Shown here in pieces: positions 41,576 to 51,423 of a DNA stretch of 64,000 bases. Each line of letters starts with the position of its first letter. Position 1 is the first letter of the stretch. Under the pieces are notes generated by a model. That model had not been told where the DNA came from, did not search any database, and worked only from the letters and a program-made list of their open reading frames with translations. Position numbers and translations under genes: made by a program. Origin of the DNA: an uncultured Alphaproteobacteria bacterium (GTDB lineage: Bacteria > Pseudomonadota > Alphaproteobacteria > Geminicoccales > Geminicoccaceae); contig CAVVXU010000004.1 in the NCBI GenBank assembly GCA_963752325.1, positions 50,559 to 114,558 of the forward strand, given 5' to 3'.

Positions 41576-43206
41576 CAGGCCGGCTCCGGGATCATCTCGA
41601 TGGCGTGGCATGGGCACTGCTCGAAGCAAACGGCGCAGCCGGTGCAGCGGTCATAGTCGTAGCGATAGCGCTTGCCCGGCCCGAGCTTGACCACAGCACC
41701 CTCGGGACAGGCGCCGTAGCAGCCGTCGCACTCGAAGCAGTTGCCGCAGGAAAGGCAGCGCTTGGCCTCGAAGCGGGCCTCCGTCTCGCCGAGCCCGCGC
41801 ACGACCTCGTCGAACGAGGCCGTTCGCCGCGCGGCGTCGAGCTCGTGCTGGCTGCGCTGCGGGGCGTCCGTGAAGTACCAGACATGCAGCTTCTCGAAGC
41901 TGGCGAGGTCGTGGGGCGGCGGCTTCTCGTAGCGACTGCCGCTCAGCCAGGCATCGATGTTGCGGGCGGCTGCCTTGCCGTGACCGACCGCGATCGTGAC
42001 AGTCCGCTCGGCCGGCACCATGTCGCCACCGGCGAAGAGGCCAGACCTGCCGGTCATCATTCCCTCGTCGACGACGACCGTGCCGTCCGTCTTGAACGCC
42101 ACGCCGGGCACCTTGCGCAGAAAGCCCGTGTCGGTGTCCTGGCCCAGTGCCAGGATCAGGGCATCGGCCTCGAGCGTCTCGAAGCGCCCGGTCGGCTGCG
42201 GCCGGCCATGCTCGTCGATCGTCATGACCTCGACCGTGAAATGCGTCTCGTCGATCGCCTTGATCGTCCGCAGCCAGTGGATCTTGACACCTTCCTCGAC
42301 CGCCTCGTCGGCCTCGAAGCCGTGCGCAGGCATGTGCTCGCGGTCGCGGCGGTAGATGATGAGCGCCTCCTCTGCGCCGAGCCGCTTGGCGACGCGGGCG
42401 GCGTCCATGGCCGTGTTGCCGCCTCCATAGATCGCGACCCTGCGCCCCAGCCGCGGTGCTTCGCCGGACTCCACGCTCTCGAGGAAGCTCACGGCATCGA
42501 GGATGCGCCCGGCGTCGCGGGCCGGGATCTCGGCACGCTTGGCGAGGTGCGCTCCCACCGCGACGAAGGCGGCATCGAAGCGACCCTCGCCGATCGCGGC
42601 CTCCAGATCCTCGACCTTGTGATCGAGGACGATCCCCACGCCGAGAGCCGCTATCCGGCTGATCTCGGCATCGAGCACGGCACGGGGCAGGCGGTAGGCC
42701 GGGATGCCGAAATGGAGCATGCCGCCCGCCATCGGCCCGGCGTCGCGGATCTCGACCGTGTGGCCGTGGCGGCGGAGATGATAGGCGGCCGAGAGGCCCG
42801 AGGGCCCAGCACCCACGACGAGAACGCGCTTGCCGGTCTCCGCTTCCGGCGCCGGCAGGCTCCAGCCGCGCTCGAGCGCAAGGTCGCCCAGGAACCGCTC
42901 GACCGCGTGGATGCTGACGGCGCTGTCGAGCTCGCCGCGGTTACAGGCGCTCTCGCAGGGATGATAGCAGACACGGCCGTGAATGGCGGGAAAGGGGTTG
43001 TCCTGGACGAGCCGGCGCCAAGCCGTCTCGAAGTCGCCGCCCTGGGCGGCGTCGAGCCAGCTTTGGATATTCTCGCCGGCCGGGCAGGCGTGATTGCAGG
43101 GCGGCAGGAGGTCGACATAAAGCGGGCGTTGCGTGCGAAACGGACCCGTCCGCCGCTCGCGTGCGAGATCGGGCTCGACTGTCAGATCATTGGGTCTCGC
43201 CGGCAC
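41575..43206 (-). CDS. GltD-like NAD(P)H:FAD oxidoreductase with a C-terminal 2x[4Fe-4S] ferredoxin domain
   Basis: 543 aa. The N-terminal cluster region ..LLPPCNHACPAGENIQSW..CYHPCESAC.. resembles the glutamate synthase small subunit. Dinucleotide folds VLVVGAGPSGLSAA and VAIYGGGNTAMD. C-terminal CLSCGNCFECDGCYGACP ... CTGCAVCFEQCPCHAI. Confidence 0.9.
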
Positions 43207-43259
43207 AGCGTCACTCCCTGGGCGTCGGGAGATCGAGCGGCAGAACCACGCCGCATGCC

Positions 43260-43273
43260 TTGATCGAGATCAA
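43260..43273. promoter_or_regulatory. perfect FNR/FixK-type (Crp-Fnr family) binding box
   Basis: TTGAT-CGAG-ATCAA matches the TTGAT-N4-ATCAA consensus at all 10 positions. Its centre is about 60 bp upstream of the GltD-like ATG (43206, minus strand) and about 150 bp upstream of the hyhB GTG (43416, plus strand). Confidence 0.55.
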
Positions 43274-43415
43274 GCACCGCCTGGATCATGGAATGCTAGA
43301 GAGGGTGGCCAACAGCCCTGGCTGGGTCCAGTCTCAGGGTATTGGCGTTGAGATCAGGTGCGGCGATGTCCACGGAACGACGCGCGAGGGACAGGCGATT
43401 GGCGGGGCAGGGGGC

Positions 43416-44550
43416 GTGCTGACTGGCGACCTTCTGGTCGTCCAGCGGGAGGGCCTGCAGCACCTTCTCGATGCGCTCGCACAGCAGGGCTACGAGGTCC
43501 TGGGCCCGACCGTGCGCGATGGCGCCATCGTCTATGACGAGATCGCAGGGGCTGGCCGATCTGCCGGAGGGTTGGACCGACGAGCACGCGCCGGGCCACT
43601 ACAGGCTCGTTCCGCGCGAGGACCGGGCGCTTTTCGGCTATGTGGTGGGCCCGCATGCCTGGAAGCGGTTCCTCCACCCGCCTGTGCTGCAGCTGTGGCA
43701 GGCCGAGCGTGGTGCCGATGGCCTCGCCTTCAGCGGGCCGGCGCCGCGCGAGCGTCCTTATGCCTTCATCGGCGTGCGTGCCTGCGAGCTGCGGGCCATC
43801 GCGGTTCAGGACCGTGTCTTTCTCGAAGGCGCTCATGTGGACACCCACTACCGGGACCGGCGGGCCGGCGCGTTTCTGGTCGCTGTGAACTGCGGCGAGG
43901 CGCGGGGCACCTGCTTTTGTGTGTCGATGGGCACCGGCCCAAAGGCTGACGTCGGCTTCGATCTGGCGCTCACCGAGCTCGACCCGACGGGCGATCACCG
44001 CTTTCTGCTTGAGGTGGGCAGCGAGCGGGGGGCCGAGGTCGCGCAAGCGCTGCCGCATCGGCCGGCCAATGAGGCGGACCGCAAGGCGGCTGCTGCGGCA
44101 ACCGCCCATGCCGTGGCCGGCATGGGCCGCCAGATGCCAGCCGAGGGCGTGCCGGAGCTGCTGGCGCGTAACCTCGAGCATCCGCGCTGGGACGAGGTGG
44201 CCGAGCGCTGCCTCACCTGCGGCAATTGCACGATGGTGTGCCCGACCTGCTTTTGCACGACGGTCGAGGAGGATCTCGACCTGACGGGGAAGGAGGCAGG
44301 CCGGACGCGCAAGTGGCTGTCCTGCTTCGGGCTGGATTTCTCCTACATCCACGGCGGCAGCGTGCGGTCCTCGCCGCGATCCCGCTACCGCCAGTGGATG
44401 ACCCACAAGCTCTCGACCTGGGTCGACCAGTTCGGCACGTCGGGCTGTGTGGGCTGCGGTCGCTGCATCACCTGGTGCCCCGTCGGCATCGACATCACCG
44501 AGGAGGTGCGCGCGATTGCCGCCACCGAGCAAAGCGGGGACAAGCCGTGA
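43416..44550 (+). CDS. hyhB: group 3b [NiFe]-hydrogenase beta subunit (AsrA-like 4Fe-4S protein), apparent frameshift in a G4 run at 43548-43551
   Basis: The N-terminus [44 protein letters not shown] is in the frame of ORF 43161. It continues as [19 protein letters not shown]...[10 protein letters not shown]...[16 protein letters not shown]...[12 protein letters not shown] in ORF 43471-44550. The GTG43416 start is tentative. Confidence 0.8.
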
Positions 44551-45008
44551 AGAGCCTCGAGGAGATCATCGCCGCGCACGAGTTCTTCCGCGGTCTGGAT
44601 CCGGCATTCTGTGAGCTGATCGCCGGCTGCGGCCGGAACGTGGTCTTCAACGCGGGAGACTATCTCTTTCGGGAAGGTGATCCAGCGGACCAGTTCTACC
44701 TGATCCGCCATGGCAAGGTCGCCTTCGAGGTCGCCGTGCCCGGTCGCGGGACCATGCGCTTCCTCACGCTGGAGGAGGGGGAGATCGCCGGAATCTCCTG
44801 GCTCGTGCCGCCCTATCGCTGGGCCTACGATGCCAAGGCCGTCGAGCTGACCCGTGCCATCTCCCTCGATGCGAAGTGCCTGCGCGGCAAATGCGAGGCC
44901 GACCATCATCTGGGCTATGAGCTGATGAAGCGGTTCGTGCCGGAGCTGATGCGCCGCCTGCACGCGACCCGCCTGCAGATGTTCGATGTCTATGGCCCGG
45001 CCGCCTGA
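44547..45008 (+). CDS. stand-alone cyclic-nucleotide-binding (CAP effector) domain protein, no DNA-binding domain
   Basis: GTG44547 overlaps the hyhB stop (GTGA). 153 aa. ..[59 protein letters not shown].. is the cNMP-binding beta-roll pattern. The protein ends before any HTH could fit. Confidence 0.85.
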   Translation: MKSLEEIIAAHEFFRGLDPAFCELIAGCGRNVVFNAGDYLFREGDPADQFYLIRHGKVAFEVAVPGRGTMRFLTLEEGEIAGISWLVPPYRWAYDAKAVELTRAISLDAKCLRGKCEADHHLGYELMKRFVPELMRRLHATRLQMFDVYGPAA

Positions 45009-45856
45009 GACCCTGTCCGGACGGTCGCCGGTGATCGACCCGATGCTGCCGCTCAGCGCCGTGGTGCGCCGTCGCCGCCGCGAGCTCGCCGACACCTGGA
45101 CCCTCGAGCTCGAGGTGGAGAACGGCACGCCCGGATCCTTCCGGCCCGGGCAGTTCAACATGCTGTGGGCCTTCGGTGTGGGCGAGGCCGCGATCAGCAT
45201 CAGCGGTGATCCGGCCAAGGACGGCCCTCTCATCCACACCATTCGCGATGTCGGCAAGGTCTCGGGTGCCCTGGCCAGGATGCGGCCGGGCGACCGGATC
45301 GGGATGCGGGGGCCCTTCGGCAGCGCGTGGCCAGTCGAGGAGGCCTACGGTCGGGACGTGGTGGTCGTGGCGGGCGGCCTCGGCCTGGCCCCGCTCCGGC
45401 CGGCGCTCTATCGGCTCTTTGCCGAGCGCGAGCGCTACGGCCGCATCGCGCTCCTCTACGGCACGCGGAGCCCACGCGAGATCCTCTATCCGGCCGAGCT
45501 CGAGCGATGGCGGCGACGGCTCGACGTGGCCGTGGAGGTGACGGTGGACCATGCCGGCACCGACTGGCGTGGCCATGTGGGTGTCGTGACCAAGCTCATC
45601 CCACGGTCGAGCTTCGATCCGGCGCAGACGGTGGCGCTGGTCTGCGGCCCCGAGGTCATGATGCGCTTCGCCGCGAGCGCGCTCCGCGAGCGCGGGCGTG
45701 GCCGACGAGGCGATCCATCTCTCGCTGGAGCGGCACATGAAGTGCGCGCTCGGCCATTGCGGCCGCTGCCAGCTCGGCCCCGTCCTCGCCTGCAGGGATG
45801 GCCCGGTCGTCTCGTACGACCGGGTGCGGCAGATCCTGGCGCTGAAGGAGATCTGA
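44986..45856 (+). CDS. hyhG: group 3b [NiFe]-hydrogenase gamma subunit (FAD/NAD(P)-binding, AsrB-like), apparent 1-nt insertion at GGG 45694-45696
   Basis: ..[23 protein letters not shown].., ..[14 protein letters not shown].., ..LLYGTRSP.. run in the frame of 44986 up to ..ALRERG. The sequence continues as [37 protein letters not shown]...KEI* in the next frame ([2Fe-2S] Cys motif), with stop TGA 45854-45856. Confidence 0.85.
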
Positions 45857-45857
45857 G

Positions 45858-46643
45858 CTGGCAACGACCGCACGAAAGCCCAAGCTCGCCGTCTGGAAGT
45901 TTTCTTCCTGCGATGGCTGCCAGCTCAGCCTCCTGGACTGCGAGGACGAGCTTCTGGCCGTGGCGGGAGCGGTCGAGATCGCCTACTTCCTCGAGGCGAC
46001 ACGCGCCGAGGTGGCCGGGCCCTATGACCTCTCGCTGGTCGAGGGCTCGATCACGACGCCCCACGATGCGGGTCGCATCCTCGACATCCGCAAGCGATCG
46101 AAGCGGCTCGTCACGATCGGAGCCTGCGCCACCGCCGGCGGCATCCAAGCGCTCCGCAACTTCCGGGACGTCAGCGAGTTCGTCCGCATCGTCTACGCCC
46201 GACCCGACTATATCGAGACGCTGGCCACCTCGACACCGATCGCCGCCCACGTGCCGGTCGACTTCGAGCTGCACGGCTGCCCGATCAACAAGCGCCAGCT
46301 GCTCGAGGTGCTGAGCGCCTTTCTCCTCTATGACCGCAAGCCGGCCGTTCCTGGTCACAGCGTGTGCATGGACTGCAAGCTGAAAGGCAACGCCTGCGTG
46401 ATGGTGGCCAAGGGCACGCCATGCCTCGGCCCGGTGACGCGGAGCGGCTGCGGTGCGCTGTGCCCGTCCTATGATCGGGGCTGCTATGGCTGCTTCGGCC
46501 CGATGGAGAGCCCCAACACCCAGGCCTTGAGCGCCTGGCTCAGGAGCCTCGGCGTGGACGAGGCGACGCTGCAGCGGCTCTACGCGACCTTCAATGTCGG
46601 CGCCGAGGCGTTCCATGCGGAGGCTGCACGGCATGGCCAGTAA
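45858..46643 (+). CDS. hyhS: group 3b [NiFe]-hydrogenase small (delta) subunit; only a CTG is available as start
   Basis: (L)[32 protein letters not shown]...[10 protein letters not shown]...HGCPI...[12 protein letters not shown]...[29 protein letters not shown] (45845-45850) lies 7 nt before CTG45858. The first canonical start (GTG45960) would delete the conserved N-terminal Cys motif. Confidence 0.8.
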   Translation: MATTARKPKLAVWKFSSCDGCQLSLLDCEDELLAVAGAVEIAYFLEATRAEVAGPYDLSLVEGSITTPHDAGRILDIRKRSKRLVTIGACATAGGIQALRNFRDVSEFVRIVYARPDYIETLATSTPIAAHVPVDFELHGCPINKRQLLEVLSAFLLYDRKPAVPGHSVCMDCKLKGNACVMVAKGTPCLGPVTRSGCGALCPSYDRGCYGCFGPMESPNTQALSAWLRSLGVDEATLQRLYATFNVGAEAFHAEAARHGQ

Positions 46644-47922
46644 GACCATCAAGGTCGGCCAGCTCGCCCGCGTCGAGGGCGAGGGGGCGCTCAAGGTCAC
46701 GATCAAGAATGGCGCGGTAAAGCTGGCTGAATTCAACATCTTCGAGCCGCCGCGCTTCTTCGAGGCGTTCCTGCGGGGCCGCGCCTATACCGAGGTGCCG
46801 GACATCACAGCCCGGATCTGCGGCATCTGCCCTGTGGCCTACCAGATGAGCGCCGTCCACGCGATCGAGGCGGCGCTGGGGGTGAAGGTCAGCGGGCCGC
46901 TCCGCGAGCTGAGACGGCTGCTTTACTGCGGCGAGTGGATCGAGAGCCACACGCTCCACGTCTACATGCTGCATGCGCCCGATTTTCTGGGCTACCAGAG
47001 CGCCATCGATCTGGCGCGCGACCATGGCGACATCGTCAAGCGCGGGCTCGCGCTCAAGAAAACCGGGAACGAGCTGCTGGCGCTGGTCGGCGGCCGCGAG
47101 GTCCATCCGATCAACGTCCGGGTCGGCGGCGTCTACAAGGCGCCCACGCGCCGCGAGCTGGCTGAGATGCGGGGGCCGCTCGAGCGGGCCCGGGACGCCG
47201 CCATCGCCACGGTGCGCTGGGTGGCGGGCTTCGACTTTCCCGATTGTGAGCGCGACTACGAGCTTGTCTCGCTCAGCCATCCTGATGAGTATCCCTTCAA
47301 CGAGGGGCGGATTGTCTCGAGCCGAGGGCTCGACATCGCGCCGGCGGAGTATCCGGCGCATTTCGAGGAGGTGCATGTGCCGCACTCGACGGCGCTGCAC
47401 AGCCGACTCAAGGCCCGTGGCAACTATTTCGTCGGGCCGCTGGCGCGCTACGCGCTCAACTTCGAGAAGCTCCCGGCGCCGGCACAGCAGGCGGCGCGCG
47501 AGGCCGGGCTCGGTACGGTCTGCCGCAATCCCTTTCAGAGCATCATCGTGCGCGCGGTCGAGATCGTCTTCGCCTGCGAGGAGGCGCTGCGCATCATCGA
47601 GAGCTACGTCGAGCCGGAAGCGCCCTTCCTCCAGGTGACGCCGGCCGCTGGCCTCGGCCATGCCGCGACGGAGGCGCCGCGCGGCATGCTCTATCACCGC
47701 TATCGCCTCGCCGCCGACGGCAGCATCGAGGATGCCGTGATCATCCCGCCGACGTCGCAGAACCAGGCCACCATCGAGGAGGATCTTGTCACCTTCATCA
47801 ATGGCTGGACCGACCTCCCCGACGAGGACCTGCGCTGGCGCTGCGAGCAGACGGTCAGGAACTACGACCCTTGCATCTCCTGCGCCACGCACTTCCTGCG
47901 GCTCGAGGTCGATCGCGCCTGA
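46633..47922 (+). CDS. hyhL: group 3b [NiFe]-hydrogenase large (alpha) subunit
   Basis: ATG46633 overlaps the hyhS stop. ARVEGEGAL, the N-terminal Ni-binding motif [10 protein letters not shown], and the C-terminal DPCISCATH followed by a 9-aa extension (FLRLEVDRA) of the kind removed by the maturation protease. Confidence 0.95.
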   Translation: MASKTIKVGQLARVEGEGALKVTIKNGAVKLAEFNIFEPPRFFEAFLRGRAYTEVPDITARICGICPVAYQMSAVHAIEAALGVKVSGPLRELRRLLYCGEWIESHTLHVYMLHAPDFLGYQSAIDLARDHGDIVKRGLALKKTGNELLALVGGREVHPINVRVGGVYKAPTRRELAEMRGPLERARDAAIATVRWVAGFDFPDCERDYELVSLSHPDEYPFNEGRIVSSRGLDIAPAEYPAHFEEVHVPHSTALHSRLKARGNYFVGPLARYALNFEKLPAPAQQAAREAGLGTVCRNPFQSIIVRAVEIVFACEEALRIIESYVEPEAPFLQVTPAAGLGHAATEAPRGMLYHRYRLAADGSIEDAVIIPPTSQNQATIEEDLVTFINGWTDLPDEDLRWRCEQTVRNYDPCISCATHFLRLEVDRA

Positions 47923-47924
47923 AG

Positions 47925-48395
47925 GTGGGAGCCCTGGGCCGGAGGCTGGTCATCGGCATCGGCAATCCCGATCGCGGCGACGACGGCGTCGGACGTGCGG
48001 TCATCCACAAGCTGCACGGGCGCGTTCCGGCCGACGTCACCCTGCTGGAGCAAGAAGGAGAGGCTGCGACGCTCGTCGGCTGGCTCGAGGGCGCGGCAAC
48101 GGCGCTCATCATCGACGCGGCGATCACGGGGGCTGCGCCCGGCAGCGTGACGCGGCTCGACGCCAATACCGGACCGGTGCCGGTGGGGCTGGGCTCCATG
48201 TCCTCGCACGGCCTCGGCGTCGCTCAGGCGATCGAGCTTGCCCGCATCCTGGGCGTGCTGCCGCCATGCTGCATCGTGCTGGCGATCGAGGCCGCGTCGT
48301 TCGAGCCGGGTGCCACGCTCTCGCCCGCCGTCGAGGCCGCAGCTGAGGATGCGGCGGCTATGATCCTCAGCGAGCTCGCGGCCTCGCCAGGCTGA
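47925..48395 (+). CDS. hydrogenase maturation endopeptidase (HycI/HoxW family)
   Basis: GTG47925 lies 3 nt after the hyhL stop. LVIGIGNPDRGDDGVG is the family signature GxGNxxxxDDGxG. ..SSHGLG.. is present. 156 aa. Confidence 0.85.
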   Translation: MGALGRRLVIGIGNPDRGDDGVGRAVIHKLHGRVPADVTLLEQEGEAATLVGWLEGAATALIIDAAITGAAPGSVTRLDANTGPVPVGLGSMSSHGLGVAQAIELARILGVLPPCCIVLAIEAASFEPGATLSPAVEAAAEDAAAMILSELAASPG

Positions 48396-48413
48396 AGGGC
48401 ACGTCGGCCGCTC

Positions 48414-49376
48414 TCACAAGGCCTGCGGCGCGTAGTCGCTGGGCTCGACCGGGGCCACCGCTTTCAGAAGCTCGACCGAGCGGCGGGCGCCTTCCATGCA
48501 AGAGAGCATGACGTCCTCGTGCTCGATCGAGAGCCAGCCGTCGTAGCCGACCATGCGCAGCCTGTAGCAGAACTCGCGCCACCAGGCCTCGTCGTGGCCG
48601 TAGCCTAGCGTGATGTAGGTCCAGGAGCGCGCCGGAATGTCGGTAAGGGACCCGCTCTCGAGGAGGCTCGTCGTCGCCTGCCTGGGCCGGTTGAGATAGG
48701 TGTCCTTCGCGTGCACGTGGAAGATGGCCTCGCCGAGCGCGTCGACGGCGGCGAGCGGGTCGGCGCCCATCCACATCAGGTGGCTTGGGTCCAGGTTGGC
48801 GCCGACGATGGGGCCGATCTCGTCCCTGAGGCGAAGAAGCGAGGGCACGTTGTAGACGAGCTGGTTGCCATGCAGCTCGACGCACAGCTTCCGGACACCG
48901 TTCTGCTTCGCCAGGGCGGAGAGCTCGCGCCAGTAGGGCAGAAGCCTCTCGGCCCATTGCCAAGCGAGGATCTGGCCGGTCTCGGGCGGCCAGGACGACA
49001 CGATCCAGTTGGGGGTCCGGTCCTCGGGGCCGCCCGCCGGCAGGCCCGACATGAGGCAGACTTTCTCGATGCCCAACAGGCCCGCGAGCCGTAGCGTGTC
49101 GTGCAGGATCGTCGACTGGCGGCCACCGTCCGTCGGGTGAAGCTGATTGCCGTTGGCGTTGAGGGCGATGACCTCGAGGCCACGCCGCGCGAAGGCCTCG
49201 AGGAACGCCCGGCGCGCGCCCGCATCGGCGAGCAGGCCCTCCAGGTTCAGATGCGGCGCCGTCGACCAGTTGCCGGAGTTGACCTCCACGCCCTCGATGC
49301 CGAGCCCGGCCGCGGCGTCCAGCATCTCCTCGAACGGAAGATGGCCCAACGAATCAGAGACGATCCCGATCCTCAT
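48414..49376 (-). CDS. sugar phosphate isomerase/epimerase (xylose-isomerase-like TIM barrel)
   Basis: 320 aa. ..GIEGVEVNSGN.., ..CVELHGNQ.., ..HVHAKD.., ..LSIEHED.. is the AP-endonuclease-2/TIM barrel metal-ligand pattern. Confidence 0.9.
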   Translation of the reverse strand: MRIGIVSDSLGHLPFEEMLDAAAGLGIEGVEVNSGNWSTAPHLNLEGLLADAGARRAFLEAFARRGLEVIALNANGNQLHPTDGGRQSTILHDTLRLAGLLGIEKVCLMSGLPAGGPEDRTPNWIVSSWPPETGQILAWQWAERLLPYWRELSALAKQNGVRKLCVELHGNQLVYNVPSLLRLRDEIGPIVGANLDPSHLMWMGADPLAAVDALGEAIFHVHAKDTYLNRPRQATTSLLESGSLTDIPARSWTYITLGYGHDEAWWREFCYRLRMVGYDGWLSIEHEDVMLSCMEGARRSVELLKAVAPVEPSDYAPQAL

Positions 49377-49530
49377 GTGACACCGCCAGCTTTTGTATGT
49401 TTCAGCGCGTCGATCAAGCTGCCGCCACCGGACGCCGACCGGTCCGGGAATACCTGCTTATTGTAGCCGGCTGCTTGCCGCCCTGAGAAGAGCCCCTCCG
49501 TTGATCGCGGCGCCTGTGGCGACGGGTCGA

Positions 49531-51423
49531 TCAGCTCGCGCGGCTGTGGTCCGGCGTGGCGGCGAGCGACGGCCTGTCTTTGACATCGTCGAAGGACGCG
49601 TAGTTCAGGCGATAGAGGCGGGCGTAGAGGCCGCGCTGACGCATCAGCTCGCCGTGCGAGCCGCTTTCGATGATCCGGCCGCCATCGAGGACGATGATCC
49701 GGTCGGCGTTGCGGACGGTCGCGAGCCGGTGAGCTATCACCAGCGCCGTATGCTGCGCGAACAGTCGGGCGAGGGCCGCCTGGATGAGCTGCTCGGTGTA
49801 GCTGTCGATGCTGGCGGTCGCCTCGTCGAGGATGAGGATCTTCGAGGACGCGACGAGCGCCCGGGCGAAGCTGATGAGCTGGCGCTGGCCCTGGGAGAGG
49901 TTGTTGCCGCGCTGCTCGACCGACGCATCGTAGCCGCCGGGCAGTCTCATGATGAAGTCGTGCGCGCCCACGGCCTTGGCCGCCTCGACGACCTGCTCGT
50001 AGGTCGCGTGCTCGCTGGCGTAGCGGATATTCTCGAGGATGGAGCCGGTGAACAGGAAGGGCTCCTGGAGCACCATGGCGATGTGGCGCCCCAGGGACGC
50101 CTGGGTGAGGTCGCGGACATCGTGGCCGCCGACGAGAACCTGGCCGCTCCAGACGTCATAGAAGCGGTGGACCAGCGCCATCGTGCTGGTCTTGCCGGAG
50201 CCCGTGGCACCGACGAGCGCCACCGTCTCGCCGGGCTCGACGCGAAAGCTGATGTCGCGCAGCACCGGGTTGCCGCGCGCATAGCCGAAGGTGACGTTCT
50301 TGAACTCGACGGATCCGTTGATGCTCTCGGGCGACAGGGCGTCGGGCTTGTCCTCGACGTCGACCGGCACGTCCAGGACCTCGAAGATGCGCTGACCCGA
50401 GGCCATGGCGCGCTGCATGACGCTGTACTGCATCGTGAGCGAGCGGATCGGGTCGAAGAAGCGCTGCACGTACAGAAGAAAAGCCACCATCACGCCGAGG
50501 TCGAGCCGTCCGCCCAGAACGGCCAGGCCGCCCACCACGACGACGATCCCCATGGCGGCACCGGTGAGCGTGTCGACGATCGGGATCATGATCTGGGCGA
50601 GCCAGGTGCCGTGCAGCTGGGCGTCCAGATTGTCCCGGACCTTCTCCTCGAAGAGGGCGAGGTTCACGCTCTCGCGGCCCATGCCCTGGATGGTGCGGAC
50701 CCCGTGGATGCCCTCGGCCAGGGCGCCGTTCAGCGTCGAGCTCGTGATCCGGGCGCGGATGAAGGCCTTCCGGGCGCGCGGCAGCCAGATGATGCGGACG
50801 ACGAAGAGGATGGGGACGACCGAGAGGGTCAGGAGGCCGAGCTGCCAGTCGAGCAGCAGCAGCACGACCGCGATGCCGACCAGCAGCACGAGGTCGCCGA
50901 CCGCGGAGACGGAGGTCTCGAGGAATTCCTGGAGGGCCTGAACGTCGCCCTGGAGACGCGACATCAGGCGCCCAACCTCGGTCTTGTCCATGAAGGACAG
51001 GGAGACGCGCTGGAGGTGGGCGAACATGGAGCGGCGCAGGTCGACGAGCAGGCGCTGGGCGATCCGCGCCACCAGCGTTTCCTGGACGAGGTTCGCGAGG
51101 AAATTCGCCGTGACGACCGCGAAAAAGACGGCGACGCCCGCCAGCAGCAGCCGCTCGTTGCCGCCGGCGCCGACAAGCGCATGGTCGATGACGGCGCGCA
51201 GGACGAGCGGGATCGCGATCTGGCTTGCCACGAAGGCCAGCACGGCCAGAACGCCCAGGATCAGCGTGCGGCGATGCGGGCTGATGAAGGCCCAGAAGCG
51301 CCGCATGATCCGGCCGCTGAAGGCCGCGAAGATCACCTCCTCGTTGTCGATCTGCGAGCCCACGACCGCTCGCGGTGGGCGCGAGGCTTGCTGACCCGGC
51401 GGAAGGCTCGTCCTTCCGGTCAC
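49531..51423 (-). CDS. ABC exporter, fused transmembrane plus ATP-binding protein (MsbA-like half transporter)
   Basis: Six-helix TMD, then Walker [10 protein letters not shown], signature LSQGQRQ and Walker [16 protein letters not shown]51423 directly abuts the upstream stop. ATG51306 ([11 protein letters not shown]..) is an alternative start. Confidence 0.9.
   Translation of the reverse strand: MTGRTSLPPGQQASRPPRAVVGSQIDNEEVIFAAFSGRIMRRFWAFISPHRRTLILGVLAVLAFVASQIAIPLVLRAVIDHALVGAGGNERLLLAGVAVFFAVVTANFLANLVQETLVARIAQRLLVDLRRSMFAHLQRVSLSFMDKTEVGRLMSRLQGDVQALQEFLETSVSAVGDLVLLVGIAVVLLLLDWQLGLLTLSVVPILFVVRIIWLPRARKAFIRARITSSTLNGALAEGIHGVRTIQGMGRESVNLALFEEKVRDNLDAQLHGTWLAQIMIPIVDTLTGAAMGIVVVVGGLAVLGGRLDLGVMVAFLLYVQRFFDPIRSLTMQYSVMQRAMASGQRIFEVLDVPVDVEDKPDALSPESINGSVEFKNVTFGYARGNPVLRDISFRVEPGETVALVGATGSGKTSTMALVHRFYDVWSGQVLVGGHDVRDLTQASLGRHIAMVLQEPFLFTGSILENIRYASEHATYEQVVEAAKAVGAHDFIMRLPGGYDASVEQRGNNLSQGQRQLISFARALVASSKILILDEATASIDSYTEQLIQAALARLFAQHTALVIAHRLATVRNADRIIVLDGGRIIESGSHGELMRQRGLYARLYRLNYASFDDVKDRPSLAATPDHSRAS

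Noticed and set aside
43366-43422. ATG43366 as the hyhB start
   Set aside because: That frame closes after 18 codons (TGA at 43420-43422), upstream of all HyhB similarity. The conserved N-terminus ([14 protein letters not shown]..) is in another frame, starting at GTG43416.
45960-46643. GTG45960 as the start of the hydrogenase small subunit (as in the ORF track)
   Set aside because: It would remove the conserved [17 protein letters not shown]-terminus, which is clearly encoded in frame upstream and preceded by an AAGGAG RBS.
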